Assembly: GCA_963674945.2 (NCBI GenBank) | Contig: CAXXWQ010000003.1 | Location: forward strand, 1,088,001-1,152,000 | Direction: 5' to 3' | Source: an uncultured Desulfosarcina sp. | Lineage (GTDB): Bacteria; Desulfobacterota; Desulfobacteria; Desulfobacterales; Desulfosarcinaceae | Length of the DNA: 64,000 nucleotides | Shown: positions 51,297 to 60,274 of the stretch, one piece after another | Layout of the letters: the number at the start of each line of letters is the position of its first letter | How positions within the stretch are numbered: the stretch's first letter is position 1 | The notes under the pieces: model-generated | The model's database searches: none | What the model saw: the letters and a program-made list of their open reading frames with translations, nothing else | What the model was told of the DNA's origin: nothing | Program-made: the position numbers and the translations under genes

Positions 51297-51761
51297 ATGC
51301 CAGGTTACAAAGTACACATCACCGGCAGCGCGGTAGCCGGCGGCGCGGCCATCGCTGCTGCAATGGCCTTGGGGTATTCTCACTGGACGGGCGCAACTCC
51401 TTTGCAATTGGGCGGCCTGCTCGGCTTCTGCATTTTAGGGGGGCTTTTTCCCGATGTGGACACGGACTCCAAAGGCCAGAATTTCTTCTACGGCCTTCTC
51501 ATTATCGTTGATGTTGCTTTGATATATCACCACTACTATCGCTGGGCGGCCTGGCTGGGATTGCTTGCCATGCTGCCGGCCATCGGCCACCACCGGGGAT
51601 GGACCCACACCTGGTGGGCAATGCTCGTCGTGGGATCACCGATCATTGTCATTCCGATGGCGCTGCTCGGCCCAAATCAAGTTTCTTCTTTCCTGCCCTT
51701 TTATGTGGCCTTCACGCTGGGTTACTTTTCTCATCTGTTGCTGGATCGCAAGTTTGTTTGA
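51297..51761 (+). CDS. Membrane metal-dependent hydrolase (YdjM-like)
   Basis: H..., PDVD, HRGWTHT, SHLLLD. Confidence 0.88.
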   Translation: MPGYKVHITGSAVAGGAAIAAAMALGYSHWTGATPLQLGGLLGFCILGGLFPDVDTDSKGQNFFYGLLIIVDVALIYHHYYRWAAWLGLLAMLPAIGHHRGWTHTWWAMLVVGSPIIVIPMALLGPNQVSSFLPFYVAFTLGYFSHLLLDRKFV

Positions 51762-51935
51762 GCTAAGGATCATGCGGATTGGATCGTAAACCGAAACAAC
51801 CAAAGCCTGGTCCTAAGAAAAATAAAGTGTCCCCCCCATTACCGAGGGATTGCGATCAGCCCCCTGAGTGCACATACTTTAAGGAAAACCATTTTTCAGC
51901 AGCATTAATCCCGATCGATAATGGGGAGGCAAACC

Positions 51936-52229
51936 ATGGGCTATTATCCCATTGTGAATAGAAATCAGAAACAAATGGAAGGCCTGCACCATCAGGAGTT
52001 TCCCAAAGCCTATATGGAAGACTTTTCCGTTCTTGGCTTTCGGGTGAACGATTGTGAGCAGGCGTTGGGTATCTTACGTAAAGCATCCTTTGATGTGAAA
52101 CAAAGCCACGGCGGCAGGCATGTGAAAATCGAGAATGCCGCACGCATCAAGGATGTGGTTCAGTTGCTTCACGCCAACGGTATGAACTGCGAGGTGACCG
52201 ATGTCGCCCAAGGCATGTACCAGGGCTGA
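51936..52229 (+). CDS. Hypothetical protein
   Basis: GGAGG RBS then ATG; 97 aa. Confidence 0.65.
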   Translation: MGYYPIVNRNQKQMEGLHHQEFPKAYMEDFSVLGFRVNDCEQALGILRKASFDVKQSHGGRHVKIENAARIKDVVQLLHANGMNCEVTDVAQGMYQG

Positions 52230-52297
52230 TAGCAGCAATGCAACCGCCGGGAGCGGTTTTAACTGATTAAAAGCAGCACTTCTCCAAATAAACAAGG

Positions 52298-52585
52298 TCA
52301 ATCCATATATTGGTGGCGATGTTCTAATCCGTGCCAGATTCTTAAAATGTAGATATGTTCTTCCGTTACAGCATAGCGAACGACATAATTTCCGAATACC
52401 ATATCCCTGATTTCACCGGGTAAGTCTGAAACCCATTTGCCGATTTGGGGAAAGGATTGTAGCTTCTTAATGGCGCCGATTAGTTGCCTGGCTATCTTCT
52501 GAGCACGGCTTGGATTATTTTGTTCGACGAACTTTCTAAGGCGGATCAGGTCGTTAACGGCTGACTCGGAAAAAGAAAGTTTCAC
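52298..52585 (-). CDS. RelE/ParE family toxin
   Basis: FSESAVNDL, FPQIG, YVVRY, ILRIWH. Confidence 0.88.
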   Translation of the reverse strand: MKLSFSESAVNDLIRLRKFVEQNNPSRAQKIARQLIGAIKKLQSFPQIGKWVSDLPGEIRDMVFGNYVVRYAVTEEHIYILRIWHGLEHRHQYMD

Positions 52586-52854
52586 GCTATCGGGGCCTTT
52601 TTTTCATCGGTTGTTCCCCAGGACGAAACCCAATCCAATACAGTATCGGCGGAAAAAGTTAGACCGGCCTCGACATCGGCCAACGCTTCGAGTGTTTCCT
52701 CATTCCTTTGCTGAATCTTCCTCATATGTGCAACATAGCCTTTGACAAGATATTGCACGGCAGCACTCTCGGTTAACCCTTGTTTGGCCGCAAATGCTAA
52801 GAATTCTTTGCGCAAATCCTCGGGTACCCTCCCGCGGACAATTTTACTGGGCAT
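52582..52854 (-). CDS. Ribbon-helix-helix antitoxin
   Basis: RHH-like N-terminus; ETLEALADVEAG..V.DW.SWGT..E tail; overlaps toxin start. Confidence 0.82.
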   Translation of the reverse strand: MPSKIVRGRVPEDLRKEFLAFAAKQGLTESAAVQYLVKGYVAHMRKIQQRNEETLEALADVEAGLTFSADTVLDWVSSWGTTDEKKAPIA

Positions 52855-52872
52855 TTTGCCTGCTCCTTTTTA

Positions 52873-52928
52873 TGTGACCCGATGTGATCGTTTGTAGCTT
52901 ATTGTAGCACGATTTTACAGGACGTCAA
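52873..52928 (-). promoter_or_regulatory. sigma70 promoter with four 10-bp-period operator repeats
   Basis: TTGACG-N16-TACAAT; TGT-led repeats at 52873, 52883, 52893, 52903. Confidence 0.6.
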
Positions 52929-53301
52929 TCCCCAAAAAGGCAGAAATATTTAGGTTGAGCGATTGCCGAGTCCCGCTTATGAGTGGGAGAAGATGCCTTT
53001 CCGCTATCAGTCGCCTATGCGAGAAGGCATCTGACACGTTTCGAAGATTTCGCCGCCGGGGAGACGCTTTGGGATGGTGATGATTTTATGCATTTTGCGA
53101 TCTTGAGAATTATTTGGAATAATTTGCAGGTTGGAACGTTGATGAGAATATCCACCGTTGTTACATCTTGTCAAAAGATTATACTCCAATGTTGCATCCA
53201 AGAGCAAGCTAAAATACATGGTGACGACTAACGAGTAACTCATACAACAAGTTGAGTTTCTGGTGGATCGCATCATAAAAAGCCAAAAGCAGAACCCTTT
53301 A

Positions 53302-53646
53302 CGGCTTCTGCATTTTAGGGGGGCTTTTTCCCGATGTGGACACGGACTCCAAAGGCCAGAATTTCTTCTACGGCCTTCTCATTATCGTTGATGGCGCTTT
53401 GATATATCACCACTACTATCGCTGGGCGGCCTGGCTGGGATTGCTTGCCGTGCTGCCGGCCATCGGCCATCACCGGGGATGTACCCATACCTGGTGGGCA
53501 ATGCTCGTCGTGGGATCACCGATTGTTCTCATTCCTATGGTTTTGCTCAATCCAGAGCAAGCTTCTGCTCTCCTGCCTTTTTATGTGGCCTTCACGCTGG
53601 GTTACTTTTCTCATCTGTTGCTGGATCGTAAATTTGTCTGAACTAA
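53302..53646 (+). pseudogene. 5'-truncated duplicate of the hydrolase gene (direct repeat of 51422-51766)
   Basis: 345-bp near-identical copy lacking the N-terminus. Confidence 0.9.
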
Positions 53647-55555
53647 GGGCTCGCGCAAAAATAAATTCACATTTTCATGGTGAGATCGAATAGTTCCAAT
53701 TTGGCCGTTGAGTATATCGTCTCAAGTTTATTTGATGCATTTGTTGGTCGGAGACCTTTTTACCTTTACGGTAATTCTTGTTGTTAAGAAAAACGCGGAT
53801 TTTCAACCCTGTCGCGGTTTTGGTCGAACGAATGAATTTCAACACAGTTTCGTAATCAAGCAAGGGTTGTGCTGCCCAGTTGTTGCTAATGAAAGAAAAC
53901 ATACGGTGTTCGATGGGATTCCACTTGGAGGAACCGGGTGGATAATGACATACTTTGACCTTCAGGCCGAAGCGGCTGCAAAGACGGATCTGCAGCTGCT
54001 GTTTCCAAAGCCGGATTCTGTAGCCATTGCTTCCACCACAATCGGCCAGAATGAGCAGACGATCGGCATCAGGATAGTGGCGAGAACCAACTTTTTGCCA
54101 CCATGTACGGATAGAATCTACGGCAAACTCGGAAGTATCGCGACTGGTGCCAACACATACAAAGCCCTTGTTTTGAATAATGTCATAGATACCGTATGGG
54201 ATCGCAACACCATTGGCGTCAGAGGGGAAATCATGATCCAAGACTTTTATCGGTGCTTGGCTCCATCGACGCCCGGCCTGATGGAACGGTCCTATTAGTT
54301 CTCGGCTTTTGGTATCAACACTGATCACGGGCATTCCGTCGGCTTTATAGCAGCGTATCTGGCTGCGAAGATAGCGAAACTGTAAATCACGCTGGTGGGG
54401 ATCGGGTGGTTTACTCTGCCCGGATTCAAGACATTTAAGATTCAAGCGTAGGGAATAGTTCATTTGCTTTAACAATCTACCCACTGTTTTGGCCGATACC
54501 CGGATGCCGGCACGTTTCAATTGTTGGGCGATTTTTCCTGTGGTCTTGCGTGTCCACTTACACCCACTTACCGGATCACCAGCGGTCTCGTGCTCCATGA
54601 TGACGGCGATGGCGTCTATGATTTCGGGCGTTTTTTTTCTTGCAGAAGGCGCCCGCCTCCTGCTGCCCGAACTTTTTGGGTACTCAAATCGCCGCTGATC
54701 AGTTCTTGTCGACCACGTGCTACGGTATGAGGATCCATGCCAAGCAGCGATGCGATGTAGGCGTCACCGCCGTGGCCCAACTTTAACGATTCAAGCCCGG
54801 CGTATAGCCGGCGTTGGCGTTCATCGAGCATACTGCAAAAAAGAACAATTATGGCCTTGGCCTCTTCTGCGGCCAAGTCGGGATTGGTTACGATAACAGA
54901 AGCCAAGGACTTTTTTAAACGGGATTTGCGAACTTTCTCCTGTCTGCGAGCAACAACGTTTTCAGGAGACAGATAAATGTAGACAGCCTCGAATTTTTTA
55001 CGCTGAAGCCGGTTGTCGCGTACCAGTTGGGTCAACGCATGTTTGGTCTTGACGTGCAAAATATCTTTTAGTTCGGCGGCGCTGTACCCCGCCTCTGATC
55101 GGGCAACAAGGGTCTCGGCTGTTTGAAGCAAATTACCGAAACGTGAAAACCAAACATATTTGCAAGACCAAAGGCCAAGTTTAGAAAATCGCGCAATGCA
55201 TAAAAGAGTATAAAATTTACCTCGATGCGAATAACTGCTCAGATACTTCAGCTGCGCCAATTTTCGAAACAGCGTTGCTCGAGCCGGATTTCCAAGCGCC
55301 TCTTGAAGTTGATTAAAAGTGGCGATTTTGTGAACACCAAAGAAATCCTTTATGTCTTGGAGATGGTATTTTGTCTTATTCATAATGATACAATTAGCCC
55401 TACAGGTCGATTCTGTCAAGGCCAATGATCTCATTATGAGCAACAGGACAATATATTGCTATTTAGCCAATTATACGGATTTGTTGCAAACAACCATAGG
55501 ATAGTTAATGAGACTATTAGCCTCATAATATGTTAAATTATTTTTGCGCGAGCCC
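53647..55555 (-). mobile_element. ISAzo13-family insertion sequence (1909 bp)
   Basis: 26-bp TIRs gggctcgcgcaaaaataa.tt.acat (24/26), TAA target duplication, DDE transposase. Confidence 0.9.
53675..55443 (-). CDS. ISAzo13 transposase in two frames joined by a -1 frameshift at an A8 run (54631-54638)
   Basis: ORF1 LDERQRRLYAG...GGGR; ORF2 TAGDP, ISVDTK, HDF, ADCGGSNG, PPGSSKWNPIEHR. Confidence 0.88.
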
Positions 55556-56005
55556 TAAGGATCTAAGGATCGGACGATAAAAAATGAGGATGCATTGAAA
55601 TATCCCTATTCACAATAATTCAAAGATTCGAAAAAAATACATCAATGGATAGGTGACTTGGAGATGCTCTGACTTTTTAAGATTAAACAAATTGATTTCA
55701 ATTCCCGTTTTGAATCCTAAAAAACCTTTAAAAGAATGGCTTAATCCAATTTGAAAAGCTAATTGTGTCCCAGCTTTTCATAATGATATGCAATGGACGT
55801 CCCGAAGTCTTCCTTCCCTGAATTTCTCACTGGGGTCTTTTTTTATTGACAGTTTATATCATTATCTCATAGCCTGCAAAATTACTTTATCAAGTCAATA
55901 TTTCGCTTTAAATCAAGTACTATGTTGAACCATTTAGTCGGAAATAAGAAAGCCGGCATTGATTGTATGTAACTATTGATGCAGATCTAAGTATTAAACC
56001 GTCGA

Positions 56006-56751
56006 TTAAATAGTCCAAATTCATACGGTGGTTGTTTCTCAAACTGTGAAAGGAGAAATGAGAATGCGGAAATTGTTGGTAGTTGTTATTGCGATGATGT
56101 TCTTGGTTGCTACTGGTGATGTGGGTGATACTCTGGCTGCAGATGGAGTAATAAAAGCTATCATTGATTTTCCTGGAGACGGTGATATTTCTGGCTCCGG
56201 CTATTCCGTTACTGCAGACATAGATGCCGGTGTCGGCATTGGATTCGATGTCCTATTTGATTCGGCAGAAATGTTCGACATAGGAATTGGATTTATTTAT
56301 CAGTTTCCAAGATCCGTCGAAGATGATGCTGGCAAGGTTAATTTTATGCCTATATACTTAGTAGGCAAGGGCTACCTTACTGATGAAAATCAACAAGTAA
56401 GACCATATCTCTATGGTCATTTGGGCTATAATTTTTTCTTTGGAGATGATGATTTTACAGGTAGCGCAGATCTCGAAGGAGGACTCTATTACAGTGTGGG
56501 ACTTGGGTTGCTCTTCAATAATAAGTTTCTTATCGAAGCCGGATGGTCCGTAAATAACGGCACGGCTACAGATTCTGGTTATGTTTATGTATACAACACA
56601 TTGTATCATTACACCTTAGATGCTGATGTTGAATATTCCAAACTATCCCTTAGCGTAGGATATGCTTTCTAATGAGTAACTTTTGAGTATCTCAATAATC
56701 ACAAACCGTAGTTTTGAGGAAATAACTATATCATGAACTTGGACTATTTAA
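56006..56751. mobile_element. Inverted-repeat-bounded unit carrying an outer-membrane protein gene
   Basis: ttaaatagtccaaattcat (56006-56024) / atgaacttggactatttaa (56733-56751), 18/19 match. Confidence 0.6.
56064..56672 (+). CDS. Outer-membrane beta-barrel protein (OmpA/OmpW-like)
   Basis: Signal peptide, alternating strands (RPYLYGHLGY), C-terminal VGYAF; AGGAG RBS. Confidence 0.85.
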   Translation: MRKLLVVVIAMMFLVATGDVGDTLAADGVIKAIIDFPGDGDISGSGYSVTADIDAGVGIGFDVLFDSAEMFDIGIGFIYQFPRSVEDDAGKVNFMPIYLVGKGYLTDENQQVRPYLYGHLGYNFFFGDDDFTGSADLEGGLYYSVGLGLLFNNKFLIEAGWSVNNGTATDSGYVYVYNTLYHYTLDADVEYSKLSLSVGYAF

Positions 56752-56852
56752 CCATATAGCTTGGTGCACCTTTGGTGCACCGTACAATAGCTCTATATTT
56801 AGCGATTTTTTTCTTTGTTGATATTTAGTGTTTAACCTATTGAATGCTAAAA

Positions 56853-56973
56853 TGGGGCCGCGGAGGATGTTGAATTAATGCTGGTTTAGGTTAAAAACAG
56901 GACCGTTTTTCGGCTTTAAATCGATGTTTTTGGGGCCGAAAAGAACGTTTTAAGGATTTTTCCAGTAAAAGTC
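56853..56973 (+). repeat. Direct repeat, copy 1 flanking higBA
   Basis: Similar to 57867-57990. Confidence 0.75.
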
Positions 56974-57062
56974 AGGAAATTTTGAATACAGACGGTGTTT
57001 GAAGTCATGCTGGTTAACAATAATTTAAAATTGATGAATATTTGACGTAGTAGCCGATGATA

Positions 57063-57473
57063 CTATTGGATGGAGTCCGATCCTTGAACGGGAAAAGATT
57101 CAGCCGATTGAACAGCGGAGGAATCTCGAATCAATATTTCTGCAGGGATGCCAAGACCGGAATGCAAAGATCGAATCATCTTCAGCGTAAGCCTTCGCTT
57201 TCCATTCAATACTTCGGATACCCTGGGACGACTCCCCAGGTAAGGAATGAGATCCGAATTCTTCAGCCCTTTTTGTTCCATTACAAAACGGATGGCCTCG
57301 ATCGGTGACGGCGGCGGGACCGGATGGTGTTCATCCTCATAGACGCCAACAAGGGCCAGCAACACGTCAAGCTCATCGCCCTCCCGGGTCCCTGGTTCGG
57401 CTCCCCAAAGCTGCTCTATGCGCGCCAAGGCGGCATCGTAATCTTTTTCTGTTTTAACAGGGCGGATATTCAT
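57063..57473 (-). CDS. higA: HigA family antitoxin (HTH)
   Basis: DYDAALARIE, YEDEH, GSRPRVSEVLNGKR.LTL.MI. Confidence 0.92.
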   Translation of the reverse strand: MNIRPVKTEKDYDAALARIEQLWGAEPGTREGDELDVLLALVGVYEDEHHPVPPPSPIEAIRFVMEQKGLKNSDLIPYLGSRPRVSEVLNGKRRLTLKMIRSLHSGLGIPAEILIRDSSAVQSAESFPVQGSDSIQ

Positions 57474-57768
57474 GTTTTACCTCCGATGGATCTATTTTTT
57501 CGTAAGCCTTGTGCCGACCAAACCATTTAATGAAAGCGACTTTCCGGATGAAGTCAATGTGGACAATCAGCCTGAAGTGATTTCCCCTGATGTTAAAGAC
57601 AACACGGTTATCCTTGATCAAATCGGCCGAATTAAAAGTTGCCTTCAAATCTGCAAAATGCCTGAAATCCAGCTCCTCCATGGTGACTACCCATGCCCGT
57701 AATTGTTCATCGGCTTCCGGGTAACACTTTCGATAGGCATTGATCGTCTTTTTTGCTACTACCCTCAT
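57454..57768 (-). CDS. higB: HigB family toxin
   Basis: MRVVAKKT, SAD, VFNIRGNHFRLI, G.H..YE. Confidence 0.92.
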   Translation of the reverse strand: MRVVAKKTINAYRKCYPEADEQLRAWVVTMEELDFRHFADLKATFNSADLIKDNRVVFNIRGNHFRLIVHIDFIRKVAFIKWFGRHKAYEKIDPSEVKHEYPPC

Positions 57769-57775
57769 GCAATCA

Positions 57776-57804
57776 AAGATATATTCCCAAAATGGGAATG
57801 TCAA
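57776..57804 (-). promoter_or_regulatory. higBA promoter with palindromic operator
   Basis: TTGACA-N17-TATCTT; attccca-aaa-tgggaat at 57783-57799. Confidence 0.75.
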
Positions 57805-57866
57805 TCATGATATGATACGGCAAAATGAAGATGATAGAAAAATCGTGGAATCTGGGAACTGGAAAC

Positions 57867-57990
57867 TGGGGTCGCACCAAGATGAACCCCCGATTGATAA
57901 GGATTTAGGTCAAAAACAGGGCCGTTTTCCGGCCTTAATGATGTTTTCGGAGCCGAAAAGAGCAGTTTAAGGATTTTTCCGGCAAACGTC
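57867..57990 (+). repeat. Direct repeat, copy 2 flanking higBA
   Basis: Similar to 56853-56973. Confidence 0.75.
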
Positions 57991-58071
57991 TTGAATCAAG
58001 ATCCATTCCAGCGTACGTTTTCATATGACACCTCCCGTTTCGTTGAAATGATACCCATAAAGGAGAACACC

Positions 58072-58287
58072 TTGACTATTCTCGATAAAATACCATATTC
58101 GATTCTGATTGTTTTTGCCGTCCTGATGCTTCTCGCTCCCTTTAGACCGATGCCCCATTTGATTGAAAAATTGATCATGCTGAAAAATGGCACCCTGACC
58201 AAGCCAATTGACATTTTCGATCTGTTCTACCATTTGATTCCAACAATCATATTGGCATTGAAGATAATCAGGGATTATACGAAATAG
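58072..58287 (+). CDS. Small membrane protein
   Basis: AAGGAG RBS + TTG; LAPF.P.PHL.EKL.ML..G.L..PIDIFDL..H motif. Confidence 0.7.
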   Translation: MTILDKIPYSILIVFAVLMLLAPFRPMPHLIEKLIMLKNGTLTKPIDIFDLFYHLIPTIILALKIIRDYTK

Positions 58288-58395
58288 CTGGTAAGTATAT
58301 CATGGACAAATGGATGGGGCCCCCATCTCCATTCATTTCAACCATATCTGTAACCATGCCGACGTGGAGAATTGTTCGGCTAAAGGAGCTGGAAA

Positions 58396-59589
58396 ATGGA
58401 AAAGGATGACGATGTCTATAGAAAACTGCAACGCCATTTAGACAGTCAGGCGGTCGGATTTCCAGCTACAAAGTCAGGTTCTGAGATCAGAATTCTAAAA
58501 CACATTTTTACACCCCGGGAGGCTCTGATCGCCATCTGTTTGACCTACAGATTTGAACCGATAGAAGCGGTATTTGAAAGAGCAACGCATTTGGTTGAAT
58601 CGCCAAAACAGTTAGAAGAGCTGCTTGACCGTATTGAAAAAAAGGGAGGGATTGAATCAAAAGGCAAAGGTGACAAGAGGTTTTTTTGTATTCCTCCCCT
58701 TGTGGTGGGGATGTACGAAGGTCAACTCGGCAAACTTACGCCAGCGTTCATAAAGGATTTTGATGAATATACATCTGATAAAAAATTTGGAGTAGAATTC
58801 CTCAGCACAAAACTCCCCCAGATGCGTACCATTCCGATTGCTGTAAGTATCCAACCGAAACATAACGTAAGTACTTTTGATGAAGTGGCTCAACTGGTAA
58901 AACAGGCTGAAGCGCCTTTTGCCATTTTAGAATGCATCTGTCGCCAAAAGAAAGCTTTACTGGGCAAGCCTTGCAACCTTACAGACCGGAAAGAAACCTG
59001 CCTTGCCATCAGTGACATTGCACAAGCTGCTTTGCGGAATGGAATTGGAAGAGAAATCACGCTGGACGAGACAATGTCTATCCTTGAACAGAATCAAAAA
59101 CAAGGATTGGTTCTCCAACCGTCCAATACTGAAAAGGCCGAGTTCATCTGTTCATGTTGCGGATGCTGCTGCGGAATGCTCAGAATGCATAGAAACTTAC
59201 CCAAACCTGTTGATTTTTGGTCTTCAAACTTTTTTGCGGTAGTCGATACAGATGCGTGTGATGGATGTGGAAATTGCGAAAAACGCTGCCAAGTCGGGGC
59301 GGCAAGGATATCTACGCAGAATATGCAAGCGTCTATCGACCGTAACCGTTGTATCGGATGCGGTGTATGCGTACCCATATGCCCCCAAAAAGCGATTTCC
59401 CTGCAAAAAAAGCCCACAGAGGTGATACCACCGCAAACCAGAGAAGATCTTCTATATACGATTATGTCCCATAAGAAGGGAACATTCGGGAAATTGAAAG
59501 TGACCGGAAAATTAATCGTTGATGCAATCAGAACAGGCCAAACCCATTTGCTGAAATGGAAAATTTTTCTTGACATATTCTATATATAG
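58396..59589 (+). CDS. 4Fe-4S binding protein
   Basis: CICR, ICSCCGCCC, two CxxCxxCxxxC ferredoxin motifs. Confidence 0.9.
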   Translation: MEKDDDVYRKLQRHLDSQAVGFPATKSGSEIRILKHIFTPREALIAICLTYRFEPIEAVFERATHLVESPKQLEELLDRIEKKGGIESKGKGDKRFFCIPPLVVGMYEGQLGKLTPAFIKDFDEYTSDKKFGVEFLSTKLPQMRTIPIAVSIQPKHNVSTFDEVAQLVKQAEAPFAILECICRQKKALLGKPCNLTDRKETCLAISDIAQAALRNGIGREITLDETMSILEQNQKQGLVLQPSNTEKAEFICSCCGCCCGMLRMHRNLPKPVDFWSSNFFAVVDTDACDGCGNCEKRCQVGAARISTQNMQASIDRNRCIGCGVCVPICPQKAISLQKKPTEVIPPQTREDLLYTIMSHKKGTFGKLKVTGKLIVDAIRTGQTHLLKWKIFLDIFYI

Positions 59590-59597
59590 AATACTTT
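59570..59597 (+). promoter_or_regulatory. Promoter/operator of the BlaI-like gene
   Basis: TTGACA followed by perfect 18-bp palindrome tattctatatatagaata. Confidence 0.55.
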
Positions 59598-59637
59598 CGT
59601 TCCACATAGAGCATATTCGATATATAAGGACCAAAAA

Positions 59638-60027
59638 ATGAGCAAGTCAGACAAAGGCAAACCACCTGAACTCACAGAAGCGGAATGGGCGATCATGAAA
59701 ATCGTATGGGAGAATCAGCCCTGCGCCGCAGGTACCGTGCAGGAGGGCCTGGCCAATGAATTGGGCTGGGCCTACAGTACGGTTAAAACCACAATGGACC
59801 GTATGGTCGGCAAGGGTTTGCTGGAGATCAAGAAGATTCGAAACCTCCAGCTTTTCAGTGCCAAGGTCGAACGCATAGAGGCGGCGAGATGGGAATTTCG
59901 CCGCATGTTGTCGCGTGCATTCGACGGCGCCCTGGGGCCAATGATGCAGTATCTTGTCGAGAATGAGAATCTGACCCAGGAAGATCTGGATGCCCTGCGG
60001 AAGGCAGTGGATTCCGTCGATCCATAG
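59638..60027 (+). CDS. BlaI/MecI/CopY family repressor
   Basis: LTEAEWAIMKIVW, WAYSTVKT..RM..KGL, FDG. Confidence 0.92.
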   Translation: MSKSDKGKPPELTEAEWAIMKIVWENQPCAAGTVQEGLANELGWAYSTVKTTMDRMVGKGLLEIKKIRNLQLFSAKVERIEAARWEFRRMLSRAFDGALGPMMQYLVENENLTQEDLDALRKAVDSVDP

Positions 60028-60059
60028 AGCCATAGAGGATTTACAACGGGGAGAAAATC

Positions 60060-60272
60060 ATGAATGTGCTGATCACAATCAGCCTGGAGAGTAGCCGGCG
60101 CTTGGCTGAACTCGGCGGAACCGAAAAAAAAATTGACCTGCCGAGACGCCGAAGGCCAGAGCGTTGAAATGATCCTTGTTGACACAAGTGTTTGGATACA
60201 CCATTTCAGAAAAAAGGATCAGGAACTTGTTGACCATTTAAACATAGGATCGGTCGCATGTCATCCTTATAT
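60060..60272 (+). pseudogene. vapBC remnant (3' half of antitoxin + 5' part of PIN toxin)
   Basis: ESSRRLAELGGTE..PRRR* then MILVDTSVWIHHFR...CHP, truncated. Confidence 0.75.
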
Positions 60273-60274
60273 AA

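Noticed and set aside
58290..58385. Additional attC ending GTTCGGC before the 4Fe-4S gene
   Set aside because: No convincing complementary R'' box or stem
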